A DNA stretch of 59,522 nucleotides, counting the filler, from Sphacelaria rigidula (Eukaryota), in assembly GCA_964200075.2 (NCBI GenBank). It is 4 parts of 4 records of this genome, joined end to end, with 100 filler letters (N's around TTAATTAATTAA, not from the genome) between each part and the next. Parts side by side here need not be neighbours in the genome. Positions count along the whole stretch, not along the records: positions 29,814 to 44,618 come from CAXNAA020002038.1; 3 more parts are not named here. One strand, given 5' to 3'. Numbering within the stretch: position 1 is the stretch's first letter; the number at the start of each line of letters is the position of its first letter. Made by a program: the position numbers and the translations under genes. Below the pieces are notes generated by a model. The model ran no database searches and was not told the DNA's origin. It saw only the letters and a program-made list of their open reading frames with translations. Shown here piece by piece: positions 31,940-44,718 of the stretch.

Positions 31940-34116
31940 CAGTGCCGGCCCGCACTTAAGAACCTCCTATTTTGAGCGAGGCTCAATTCTTGTTGGCCGC
32001 TCCAACCGTAGCACCAGTTCTTATTTGCCAAGTTCTTATTTCGTCGTCCAGTTTTCCTCCTGAAATGGGGTTCTTGTTCTTACTTCAAAACCGATTGTTC
32101 TATTTGTTATTATGACCTCTGTATGACCCGACCCGCTTACTAATAACCCCGGGCTGGTTAACCCGGACCGTCTTCCGTGGTCTGTCACCCTGGGACTGTC
32201 ATCATCCCATCCTCGGTCTGGGAGCGTCATTCTCCCGTGTCGGGATGCTTCCTCGTGGGCGCATCCCCTACTCCGTCATTCTGTACCTCAACCCAAACCG
32301 ACTTGCAAAGTCCGTCCTGTTCAAGTCCACCTCGCGGCTCCGCACACTCCGCACGCTTTCACCGAGTGAGAAGCTACAACCTATACACACACACACACAC
32401 ACACACACCGTCCGGGTAGGATAAGTGACACTTCAACGTGGGCACCGGATAAGAAAATCGAAAAACCGGTTACCGGATAAGGAGGCGTGATTTCGATAAA
32501 CAAAAAAACGGTTACAACGTTTTTTTTCAGCCGGTTTAACCGGTTCACCAGAAAACCGGTTTAACCGGATAAGCAAGGGAAACGCCTGCAAATCATTAAA
32601 AAGCAAGTTAATTCGGCGTTGTTGTCGTATGTTTCGTGTGTGGTGGGTGATGGATACTCTCGAACACACCCATTACCGGTAACGGCAAGGTTCAATCTCA
32701 CACCTCCGCACTCCGCACTCCGCACCCGTGCAACACCTGTCGAACTTCACGGCACAGTGGCTGACGACTGGTGACAAAGAATTTTACACGTGATAGGAAA
32801 TGGTGTTCGTGATTACGTGAACAGCTGCTGTTCAAATCTTGCACCTATCCCTAGCAAACACAGGGTGTCAAAAGTAGAAAATGAAAACTATAGTCCGGAG
32901 TAGTTGATACTAGTGGGAACCTGAACCGTTCTTTTTCTGATTTCTTCGTTATCGGCGATTTTCTCAGGCTCTATCGAAGGGTAATACGCAATAATATCCC
33001 CAAAACAACGCTCGCGGCAGTCTCGAGTATGTGTGTTTGCCACCTCCACAGTATTGTGGTCTCTGCGAGCTGACTCTATGTGTAAGTTGTAAGTGTGGCG
33101 TGTAGCGTGTGACGTGTTGTATGTCACGCTTTCGCTACGAGCTACGAGCACCAATTTCAAACTTCGCAATCAAACCGATTTAACCGGCATAACCGTCCAT
33201 AACCGTAACCGGTTCACGCCTTTTGGGGTTTCCAAGAGCCGGTTATAACCGGGTTTTTTTTCCAGGTGCCCACCTCTAGTCACACTCACTGTCCGACTGT
33301 GTCTTACATATCATTGGTTTGCGTATCATATGACGACGGCACCAGCGCAACATCTATGTAGATGGTACAGTTAGTAGTGCCCAGGGTCAGTACAACACAC
33401 GCTACAGTAAATACAAGATTCAATATCTACAGTACTGTCGCAGCTTGCATGACTATCATACTCTCCTGTCTGTATTGAAGCATGCTGCGGTACGGTACTG
33501 TCTGTATGTGTTGACCATGTACAAAAGTAGCTGGGTCGGCTGCCTGCTAAGCGTATATGTGATGATGTGAACGGCTGCTGCTCTTTTGCCACTAGCTGAT
33601 GGCGGTTCGTCTCTACATGTGTGTGAGGGCCATGATGCTATACGTGTGTGTAGGCTATGGTGCTGTTCGTGTGCGTGTCGTACTATGTGCCGTGCGTGAA
33701 CCGTGTGTGGGCTCCCTCGTCCGGGGGTGCTTTCAAAAATGTGTTAGTCGGACCGGCGGGTCTGCTCAAACGTGCTCCGGAACTGGTTCTCGTTTGGGGG
33801 TACGTTCAGGGAATCTGCCCGTGGGGGGTAGAAATACGCCGGCCGATGTACCCACTCAACACACCCAGCCCCCGCCCAAATCCAATACTGGGATCGCCCA
33901 CCCCTCGCCCCCTCCCCCTGCGAATGTTCTTATCTCGCAGCCGCCACGTTACTCTTGTTCTTATCTGTAGCATCAATGGTACACTTCAAGTGTGTGTTCT
34001 TGTTCTTAACAGCACGTTCAATCTGAGCACGTGTTCTTAGGGGCAAATACTTAAGTTTTGCTTTTTTTTAGCGTCAAATTCTTAACTGCTATATTCTTAA
34101 GTGCGGGCCGGCACTG
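31940..34116. mobile_element. Non-autonomous Tc1/mariner-type DNA transposon (2177 bp) inserted in the Copia RNase H
   Basis: Perfect 23-bp TIR cagtgccggcccgcacttaagaa / ttcttaagtgcgggccggcactg with flanking TA on both sides. Confidence 0.88.
32433..33278. mobile_element. hAT-type MITE nested in the Tc1/mariner-type element
   Basis: Ends tcaacgtgggcacc / ggtgcccacctcta; 8-bp TSD gtgacact / gtcacact (1 mismatch); subterminal aaccggtt repeats. Confidence 0.7.
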
Positions 34117-37100
34117 TATTACACAACAGTGCGCCTCCCTTTGTGTGGTATCTTCCTTTGCGCTAGTCTGCATCTGCGTATACCATTACTGCTGCATTTA
34201 CTCCAGATCCTGCATTATGTTGAACCCCTGGGTGGGCCGTTGGGTGGTTTTACTCAAGAATCTTGCTGACTGGCTTGTAGTGAGACTCCTTCGGCTCGTG
34301 GGATTGTCTCGCTAGGGCCGCGACTGAATTTGCGATGTCAGGGCTGATCTAATTTGCGATCCACACCAAGCATCCCAACACCTCGCGGAACGGCACGTCT
34401 TACTGGATTTCATCATCATTCAAGGACCTGAGACTCACAGACGCATAGCGGGAAGATAGCTGGAGCGGGAAACATCAAAACGTTCAATTTGCGATCTAGC
34501 TTGTTTATGACAATTTAATCGTACCCCTCTCATTCCCGCGTTTGTACTGTACCTCCATGTACTGTGTTGAGTCTCCCAGGTGCATCGTTGGTAGTGTATC
34601 ACTCAGAGTCTTGACCACTGTCTGGCTCACATTTTTCGACCCCCCGAAAATACTGTCCTCTACGACCGTTCCAGCCAAGTCGCCACCTCCCACCAACTGG
34701 AGTACATGAGGATCCGACAGACACTGCTCGAGCCCCATTCCTACGAGCTCCGATGCTTATAGCTTGTACAACTGCCTAGCGGCTTGCCTTAGACCATAAA
34801 GCGACTTGTTGAGTCGAACGATTTCGCCTGATCCTGATCCGCAACCGAGTGGAAATCCCATGTATATACTTCATAGTCCGAATCCGACTGTATGATCGCC
34901 TGTTCTATGTCAAAATGAATAACATCTCATCCGTAAGTGTTTGCCAATGCCAAGAGAAGGCGAATTGTTGCAGCATTCGCCGTATGTGAAAAGGCCTCTA
35001 CAAAGACAGCATCATAGCGTTAGCTGCATTCCTTTGCTACAAGTCTAGCTTTCACCTTGAAGATTTCGCCATTGGTACCGGCCTTCCATTTGACTACCCA
35101 TTTGGCGTTCACCATATCACTCCCCTCGGGAATCGATCCTACTAAAGTGAAGGTCCCAACAGCTAGTAACCTTTCGAACTCTAAATTCGTAGTCTCCTCC
35201 CAGAGGTTAGCATGTACAGAGGCGCGGGCTTCGGCAACCGTTGTTGGTTCTTGTTCGGCGGCTTCGGCAGGACTGGGGGGTATTGCGCTCGGCTTCTTCA
35301 ACATTTTTTGCTCAGCAGTTGGAGCGCGCAATATCTGGTCCTCACTTACTCATCTCAGCGTAGGTAACAAGCCGGTTGCTTGTTGTTGGTTCAGCGCCCA
35401 TGTGTGTGCTCGCGTTCTTCCCCCCACGGCACTCTTGATCGTCGTGTGGACCCACACTGTACGCCTCGAGCTGTCTCAGCTCGACTTTGCGGTGGTAGGT
35501 CGTCTCGATCAGACACTGTCGCTGGAGTTCCTGACATTTCTCGGGGTCGCCACGGGTGCAGCAGGTGCAGAGCTGCTGGGAGCTGCTGACTTACTGCTCG
35601 GAAATGATGCATTGCTGGATGATGGAGGCGATGATGGTGGTATTTCATGTGACAGCAAAAAATATTGAGATCACGATGTCCCCTCATCGCCTCCGCCTAC
35701 CGTTCACCATTTATTCTCCACCTCCCCGGAGCGTAAGCGCACGTGGGGAATCCCTCGTCCGATTGAAAGCCACACTTCGTTGTCGTCGTCTTCGTCGCAG
35801 AGCTCATCCTGCCCTCCCATCGCTGCTGTCTCGGGTAAAGACGGCGGCGGCAGCAGAGATTGCGGCGGCGCCTCCCATGTGACGTCGCGAGTTTGTATTG
35901 TTTGCCCTCCCCGCGTCAACACGCGGGAAAAGTCTTGTGGATGTTCCAGTGAAGGCCCGAGATGGAAACAGCTCTCGGCCTCGGGTCGCTTCCATCTGCA
36001 GTATGCCGACTGGAGAAAAAGTTGTGGCCTGGCCTGAACAGCCGCTCCAGACCACATTTCGCTCGTTGATTCGTTGTGCGGATTGGAGGTCGACGCGGTG
36101 CAATTGAGTTGTTCACGTGCCCAATGCATCGCCTTGACCCATAGCTTCTCGGTCTTCGGAAATGGGACGTGGCCGAACAATACCTTAGCTTCAATTCTAG
36201 CCGCCGTTGCCGCTGCCTCGAGAATACCTAGCCCATGCTCTGCAACGCGGTATATTGGGGACTCTGGACGGGGGAAAATTCCTGCTTGATCAACAGCTCG
36301 TCACATGCTGATCGAAATTATCCCCGAAAAATTGTCCCCCATTATCAGATCTCACTACTTGTACTACCGAAGGAATACCGTCGGCTCGCACACTGACGAG
36401 GAAACAATTGAAAGCCATGTCCGAGTCAGACTTTCGTGCCAATAAATACAGCCAAGATTTCCGGATATAAGTATCCTTGATTATCATTGGGTAGTGTTTT
36501 CCCCTGCCGGGCTTGGTTGAAGCGCTACTTATTCAAGTGGTGGAAATCTATTTTCTGTACGAGTATCCTTTTGCCATCGAGCACCCAGTACATGCATGCG
36601 TGTTTACCTCAAGAGTAACTTTTAAGTGTTTATAGTGTGGAGGTCGTGAGACGCCCGGTGGACGATAGCAACCGTTGAAGGTGGCCGATTATGTCCCTCG
36701 TGTTATCCGAGCAAGGATGTGACCGTAGTCGGGGGTTTCAGGCAACTGGGTCACTCGGCACCGATGAGAGCACATATAAGTCTGAAGAGAGTGATCCCCA
36801 GGGCTTGACAGATATGGGAGTTTCGGAACTCCCGGCAGATAGAACTGCACCTGGAACGGCCGTTGACTAGGTTATACACGTCATGAAAGGAAATCTCTCC
36901 GCACATACCAAACGACGATCTCCAAAATATTAGCATTGTCTCAACAACTGTTGATTAGCATGGCTGTAAATACAGTGGAGCATATTGACTTCCATGCTTG
37001 AAATAAGGGCGGATCTGATGGCATGAGGGCTGGCAACACAGAAACGTTAAATTGCTGTCCTCGTCGATATGCTATGGAGACTAGCATACCGTCTCGGTTT

Positions 37101-37767
37101 GTAGGTTTCATGCGTCCGTTGAATGCCCTCATGATGCGATTTGGACCTTCTAGACATTCCTAACTCTCCATTCAATTATGTACTGGGTGAAAACAGGTTG
37201 TATCCGAGATGAAGAATGTACAATACGTCTAGCAAATTTGCTACATACTCGTCCGCTTCTGTTATAAAAACAACTGCTAATTTGCCTTTTAGTGGAATAT
37301 TATACGTCTTGCACCCTATACAGCAACAAAAAAATTAACGGGTGAAAGATTTGTCATGCGTCGCATTGAATCCATCGAATGATGAGGGGCACCGGTATCA
37401 CCGTGCCACTCTCCACTAAATGGCCTAGAAGTACAAGCTGCAAGCACTTGAAAACTAGCAAGCTCACCGGTGTCTCTCATGGACCCCTTCTCAGATTCCT
37501 GAGATGGATCCCTGATTACCCGAGCTTGGCAGTCACAGACTAGATGCGGGAGGTCGCAGCGCTAACATTCCAAGTTGTTTTCTCCACCCCCCTCTGTTGT
37601 CTTGGTTGAGAAAGGGATTTTCGGAAGTTTTCGGGGGTTGCTTTTCTCTCCTTCATCACCAGACCTGGCTATCAAAGCTTGGCGAGTTTTATGTTTTCCA
37701 GCCGTTACCCTGCATGGTCAACTCAGGTGTCTTATCCGTAGCGTGTTGTTCTATCACTTCATTGTTA

Positions 37768-38314
37768 CAGTAGTGGGCGGTCTAACTATTCATCTTGTGG
37801 CATTTTGTGATTTTTCGTAAGTGGCGATTTTCTTGGGCTCTTTCGCTTGCCGCCGCTCATCACATCGTGGATCTGAAGATTTTTGTATCCGCTCCACATT
37901 CCAAGAAAAAAAAATCATATGTACTCAATATTGAGTGACTTACGGGCTAACCGATTATCAGGGGTCCTGCCACGTTTCAGCCCAGATTCTTATACTTCGG
38001 TATTTTCGGCCGATCGAGCCTATCCCGATCATATTTGTGAAAAATGTACAGTTCTACTTTTTTGAAATTCTACCTACCCATTGCACTATAGCCGAAAAAC
38101 TGTGTTTCACGGACAATAACAACCTCCTGATAAACGGGGTATTTACTTGCATCGCTCGATAACACCAACTAACACTGGCTTGTGCACTGTGTTACGATGA
38201 CGATCTATTTACTGTACCAAAATCTACCATCGCTAGCAAGTTCGAGTCCTATCGAACAGTAGTACGCAAGGAAAAACCCCAAACACCCCTGAACAGTTAG
38301 ACCGCCCACTACTG
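37768..38314. mobile_element. Tc1/mariner-type MITE, copy 2 (547 bp), inserted in Copia gag
   Basis: Same TIR and TA flanks as 15491-16039. Confidence 0.92.
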
Positions 38315-41000
38315 TACGTAAATGACGGAGTCTCAGATTTTGGTGCAGAACGTTGTACTCACGCGGAAGCCCGTCAAGCATCGCAAAATACATCTTTCTT
38401 TACGCTCAACATGTGCACTACTCTGAGAGTCTGCTGTACTGCAGCAAAAAAAGGCGTGGATCCTCTCCTGAGTTTAACCTTAGATTCAAAAGGTGTGTTC
38501 ATACAGGTTGATTTAGGCATCGATCAGAGGAAAAAAATGACCGTTCAACGCCCGCCACGGCTCACTGCGAGATGCGGTGTCGGTTGCCGTGGTCCGGACA
38601 TCGTCACTGACCGTACACTGGAGGAGGTGCCACCAGGCGTTTGGGGCTTGTTTTATTTGGGCGACGGTATACCCTTGTTCTACCGTGTAGGACAGGCCAA
38701 CTCCAATCTCTGCAACCGGTACATCACGAGTTGTGATGTGTGCCACGAGCAGACCACACTGCCTAGCATACGTTGGAAAACTGTTTTTTCACGCAGGGTA
38801 TTCTGTCACGCTGCCGTTAAACTTTAGACTCATCGGCAAGCGAAATAGCTTACCCCCAAACGATGGAGTATTCATTCCTCCACTTGTATTACCCAACCCG
38901 ACAAAATCTCCTCTCCTCCACCAGTCAACTGTCCCAGCTGTTGGACTCTGGCCTAGGGTGCCGGTCACTCTGCCAGTTAGTCCCACTGGAGTCGGCTATC
39001 CGCCGATCCATCGTTCTCCTGATGATGACGCCTTGATCACGCCCTTCAGAAGGCCCCGCTCGAGATGCTCCCGGCGTATCAACTCATGTGGGGGACTCCT
39101 CGCAGCCTTGTTCTTGGCCGCTGTTTCCCCCTTGGATCGAACTCTGTGTTGTGAGGTCCCGAGGGTCTTGGATAGCGCCCGGGAGTTCTTCGTTTACCCT
39201 CAGCAGTCGTCGATCCACGGTATTTTTGATTGTAGACGGAGAGCTATTCTCGTCTACCGGGCTCACGGCCGTAAACGTTTGGTACAGATGATCAACCTGT
39301 ACTATCAGCCGGTAGCGCTAGCGTATTGAGTGATATGTGCCTGCCCGGGGCGGCGTGTGCTCGATGAAGGAACAGGCAGATGATGGAGAACAAAAAGAAG
39401 TGAGCCTAGGTGGAGATAACGCTTGGTTTATCCGATCATATTGTTATATGGTCATAGAGATATATCCGCATGCGTACAGACGTTTCAACTCCTCGATCAG
39501 AACTATTTCGGAGCAAGATATGACTACAAAAGTACACGTATCAACTATCATGTACTACAATACCAAAACACCTACTAGAACTGAGACAAATACTACAGCA
39601 TCAAGACAGATATCGCACAACACCGTGGGCGCTATTGCCGATATTATAACTGACCGAACACCGACAAAGACAACGGTAGGAGGGTATGATGGAAACGAGG
39701 GGGGAACAAGCGCTGAGGCGGAACGTAGACGAGGAAGAACACCTCAAGATATCCGTAGGGCTGAGAGAGGGGATAGGGATAAAAACATATCTGGACGGCC
39801 CACTGAACTACAAGGGAGGAACGGGACGTGCTGAAGAGAGAAATGTGGGGGGAAACGAAGGTGGCATGAAATCGTTTAGTACATGAGACAGCGAGAAAAT
39901 GATGGCTATACAACGAGATGAATGGTGGCCACAGACGGCGAAACAGGAAGGGGATAAGATATTTCAAAGGTTTCGGTGTTATATATGGAAGAAACGTAAT
40001 AGGCGCCCAAATGTTGGAGGTGTCTATTACGAGTAGGAACGGTGCTCCGTCTAGAAAGGTATGCATGGTCAGCAGATAAATGGCCAAAACGAGCACCCCC
40101 CCCCCAACCCCCCTCCCGGGTTCCTGAGTAGAGGTCGCATTACGCCTCAGCCGATATAGAAATTTCTCGGGGAAATTATGATTTCGAACTATTAACAAGC
40201 CAATCTTAACCCTAATCCTAACCCAAGGCAAACAGAGAACCTTCGGGCAAGGGAGATGCAAAGGGTGCCCTTGGCAAGGTGCACGTTGGCAGACCCCTTA
40301 TCGGCGCCTCCGCCGCCCATTTGGACGTTCGGCGCACGCTCGGAACACTTGAAACTGTCAGCCCCACTAAAGATCTGACTATCGATATTCAAACTAAAAT
40401 CAAGGGATGAAATTCCGTGAAAGTTGCGTTCGACCATGTGGTATTATCCACTGGCTGAATAACACCCCCCTCACGATTGATGAATCTCGTGCAAATTTTG
40501 ACGAGATACCAACACTACAGTAGTGTATCGGGAAACACAGCATGTCTTGCCTACCTTACAAGAGGGGGGTAAAGTACGGGAGTAGTGAAACGAAGCAGCA
40601 TTCAACTTACAGTCTCGTGAGTGAGGGGTTAGTGAAGTCTTAGCAGTCCTTGTGCGGGAAAATGACTTTTTGTGTGTAGAAACGCCAATGCTTTGTGTGC
40701 TGAATCTGTCTGTATGTTTTCTCGTCGATTGAAACAGTTTTTATTTTATTTGAGATGTGCCATCAATTTTGTAATAGTCAGATGGACAACAGTTTTACAG
40801 AGGAACACAAGCGAGGCTACCGAGCGACATGAAAACTGAAATATGCACCAATACCTTTCTCTGACGTGGCGTAGTGTCCGTCTTCTCCCCTAAAAACACA
40901 GGTCCAGCAGATAATATCATCGGTAGCACTTTTGTACTTCACACAAGGTAGTCTCCCATGGGAAGACACAGGCATTTTTCTCAAGCACGCGACAGATATT

Positions 41001-41082
41001 GCCGGTTGTCCCGGTGGCTCAGTTGGTAAACTCGACCGGCGTCCAGAGTAGATGGGACGACAGCACACACATAATACACACG
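41001..41082 (+). mobile_element. Internally deleted copy of the family B SINE
   Basis: gccggttgtcccggtggctcagttggtaa head fused directly to gaccggcgtccagagtagatgggacgacagcacacac tail, both matching 25876-26243. Confidence 0.75.
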
Positions 41083-43539
41083 CTCAAAAACTCACGGACT
41101 TCACCTAAGGTTAAGGCAGAAAGCAGGTAGTAGGTGAGGGTGATTGACTCGACCGGCCAAATATGTGCACATCTCAACGCACGGCACTGTCAGACCAAGC
41201 AAAATTCCAACCTCTCACAATAGTGATGTGCACCCCACCAAACTATTTAGATTACGTGAGGTGTCTGACATCAAGTAAAGATTAGGGTCGCAGCTATTAT
41301 TTAGAAGAGTGCCGTTTGTGGCATGAGCAGAGCTACTCAGCACACTATCTGCGCCGCCCCCTCCCTCTCGACGAAGCCGCCGCTCCCTCGTGAAATCTGA
41401 CCACCGGGTCATGAGTTCTTGTGGTCTGCTCTGACCAGCTCGGACGGTAAGCCATACGAGTGTACAGTATGAGAGCAGCATTATGGGTACCTGCGGTAAA
41501 ACCCTGAGCTTCTCTTGCATCGACAAAGGCCTGTTGGTGACGGATCTAGTGGAGCATCTGTGCCAGTACACCAGGGTACTGCTACTGTTGGGTTCTTCTC
41601 GCACTCGTACCACAGCAGCGACCGTCTCGCTGATCACCTTGAACCGTTGTCCCACCCTAGGGCTGCACTAGATTTGTCATGATAATCTTTGATTGATTTT
41701 CATGGAGTCCAGGGTATTGTCAAAGATACTCATGACTACACTCTCCTATATGGCCGACTTCGCGAGCTTGTCAGAGTGACCCGGGTATTCATCACCCGGG
41801 GGTCCTTTATACCGCCTTGTACGGTACGCTATTGAAGTCATGTGCCTTCGTACTCGAAACAGCTTCGGGTCCCAAGCTTGTGGAACCTCCATGTTCATGT
41901 TCACATAAGATACAGCGCGGTAAGATACGGTTCCGTACTGGTTTTGAAGTGCAGTCCTTTCCCTTGTATTATTGCGGGGAGTATCATGGGACCCACGGCA
42001 CCTGCTAAAATACATAGCGGCGCTCAGTGCTACCTCCAAGGCTTCTGAATGAACCATATTGTTTGCGCCGTTCGGTCTTTCCACGCCTGCAACAAAGCCG
42101 AGAGTCTCACACCAAAAGTGGGCTTAGGAAAGACGCCAACATGCCCTGGAAAAAGTGCTGAGCCATCTACTACGGGGATTGAATATTGTTTTTGTTATAT
42201 TTTCTCGGTTTTGGGATATTTGGCACAGTTTTTGGCCAAAAATTCAGGATATATATCGTCAACAACTGTCATGGATACGGTGCCTTACCCCACTAAGAGG
42301 GTTCTAGCCCATATGTTTCCGAGTCGCTCTACTGTACCGTGTCCTTGGGTTCATCACTTCTGTGGCCTGGTTCTTCTCTGTCTTCTCCTTCTCTCCCCAT
42401 CTCTCTCGATGAGCGCTGTTCCCTCCCGGTGTATGCAACTCGCTGTTTGGTGTCTCGCTTCCGTATGGTGCGTGGGTGAGAGCTCATACCGAAAATAGTG
42501 TGGCCGAAATAGATGAGAGCCGCAATCTGTCCCCAGAGCTCCTTGTTTTATTTCTCGATTGGGTATGAATACGTGTGCTGTTGCGCAGGACCTTTTCCGC
42601 CTGAACCCATATTGCAGAGGCCCATCGTTTCTAGACCGTTTTTGTTGTCCTTGCTCCGCTTGTTTTTTCAGTCTAGTCTGTGTGTGTGTTCCGCCTACTG
42701 TTTTCTTCACCTTCCTCCACCGAATATTTCCGTATTTGTAGCATATCGAGTACGTCTCTCATGTAACCAGGCCTGGGTCCCAGAGGGATCAGCTAGTGTG
42801 CGACAATCAACGAATCAATCGACCAATCAATGCCTTCAGTTGTACCATGACGCCGGGGTTTGTGTTCAATGGATAGCGTAGAGAATAGGACACCCTTTTT
42901 GTGAAGCCTTTGTATGAAGCCTTCAGAAATCGCAGTTTTCCCGCGGAAAATTCAAGCGGGTCTAAGAGTCGATCGTTGTTGGCGAACGGCGAAAATATAT
43001 CGGGTGAAATCTGAAAGAGAATATGTGTCACAAATTCGGAACAGTCACTCCAGCCCGAAATATTCTGCTCAAAAGACACACTCCAGTGCGCTTCAGGCAG
43101 TAGCATCAGCACACCTAGCAAACGACTAGATTTGCCCAAGGTATACTGACGACAGGGACATGGATGCTTTCGAAATCGTATCTGTACATTTTAGCATTTG
43201 CTCATATTTGAGGGTTTCAGAGCCCTCATAATAAGTATACGCATTAGCGACGCTGTGCTTCATTTTTCTGAATTCTTCGGGGAAATTCGCGGTGAAAACC
43301 TAACGAGCGATCTTCAAACAGGCATAACTTGCATTCTTCATTTTTTTCGAATGTTTCAGGGTATTTATTTCTCGATGAAAATATTTCGAACAATCTTCAA
43401 GAAGGCATAATTCCCTGCAGAAGCTTCGGACTTTGAGAGGTTAGCCCGTTGGCCGGCAGGGTAAAGTGATCTCAACCCCCAAAAATGCTTGGATCGGAGG
43501 GCAGCCCTAATTTCCCTTCAATTCATTTCTACCGCACAG

Positions 43540-43704
43540 GAAAAGGCACTGGCTGAGGAGAACGAAACGCTAGCGAAGAATATATCGTGCCTCTTCAACA
43601 CCGCCCGAGCGGAGATTGCCCGGAAAGACAAGTGGATCGAACGTCTCCGAAAAGAACTGCTGGAAAAGGATGCAACCAACAGGCACACCAGCGGCCGCCG
43701 ATGA
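43540..43704 (+). CDS. Terminal exon of a small coiled-coil protein resembling the FLASH/CASP8AP2 N-terminal domain
   Basis: Branch-like ccctaat, pyrimidine tract and cacag acceptor; EKALAEENETLAKNISCLFNTARAEIARKDKWIERLRKELL...TGA; matches the recalled FLASH motif EN.[24 protein letters not shown]. Confidence 0.72.
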   Translation, partial: EKALAEENETLAKNISCLFNTARAEIARKDKWIERLRKELLEKDATNRHTSGRR

Positions 43705-44618
43705 CCCCGCTTTTCCGTTCAAGCCTTGTCTACGAAATACATGATCGCGTGCTGCGATCACAGTACTTTCATGGTCCCTGACTCTTACGGTTGCTTTATT
43801 GCAAGTTTAGTGAGTCTCATCAAGTATTGACACGGTTGGTATCTTTTGTGTACGGGTTGCTCTTGGAAAGTTGAAAAGATCTGCCTGCAACTCGGGAGGG
43901 CGTACACTTCCGTACGGTACACAGCACAGGAATTGCAGTGGTGTAAGATTTAGATTGTCCACTATTTACTCGATCAATGATGGTTTGGGTGCGTTCGGTA
44001 TCTTCCCTTGCTTTTGCGGGTGCCACAAGTGTGAACCTGTACCGTCAGCTTCTGCTATAGTGACAGCACCTGCAGACCTGAGTACAGACGCGACCACGAG
44101 GCGCGATGTGGACGCTGAAGGTGCTGCGATTAGTTGAAAATGGGGTTCCCTCTTACATGGAGGGAAAGATTGGGAAGAAAGCCGCCAGCTTTCCCGGTGA
44201 CAGGGTGTAAGCGACCTCGGCAATCGGTCCCGACGTCAGTACGGCGCGGGACATCGACTTTTTCGTACCCGCCTTGTCTCCTCTTTGAACCGGACAACCC
44301 AGTCCAAGTCTCACACCATTACATCGAACATCTGTGCTGACCCTCGTTACATTCGAAGAAGACGTGAAGTAAAGTTACAATGCTGAAACTGTGTATGTAC
44401 CGCTGGTAATGGGCAAAGAATGCAACTACTCGATGAGCTATTAGAAGGGTACCACTTGAGATGAAGAAGACATCACAGCGCCTAGGGTTGAAAATTTGGT
44501 GGCTTCGACGGAGCGAAGGGAATCCCAGGGAATGTAGTGTGCCTCTTAATTGTACTTCCTCTGCCCCGTAAGTCTGTATCGTTATGTTTGTACGAGCCCT
44601 TAACGATGTCTGATTTGA

Positions 44619-44718
44619 NNNNNNNNNNNNNNNNNNNNNNNNNNNNNNNNNNNNNNNNNNNNTTAATTAATTAANNNNNNNNNNNNNNNNNNNNNNNNNN
44701 NNNNNNNNNNNNNNNNNN
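44619..44718. other. Artificial contig linker N44-TTAATTAATTAA-N44
   Basis: Identical 100-nt structure. Confidence 0.98.

Larger units (their letters stand above)
31745..39270 (-). mobile_element. Decayed Ty1/Copia LTR retrotransposon internal region (gag - integrase - RT - RNase H) with stops, frameshifts and nested insertions; LTRs not identified
   Basis: gag-like LKFNG..EYPA, GEDP and MLDGLPREY (about 38320-38830); CTGCSMAKG and VRSDNGGQF integrase (about 36630-35900); EPTTVAEA..W..E, AKWVVKWK..G.IFKVKARLVAK, EQCLSDP, LGCLVWIAN..PDIANSV RT (about 35250-34200); YADAD and IEVEYVAM..EDNGGAIAL RNase H. Integrase before RT is the Copia order. Confidence 0.9.

Noticed and set aside
41483..41671. 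Ubiquitin-like start (GKTLSFSC...LLVTDLVEHL)
   Set aside because: Weak resemblance only; no confident splice sites or partner exons.
43421..43460. Candidate upstream micro-exon for the FLASH-like gene
   Set aside because: Contains an in-frame TGA in the phase required to join 43540.
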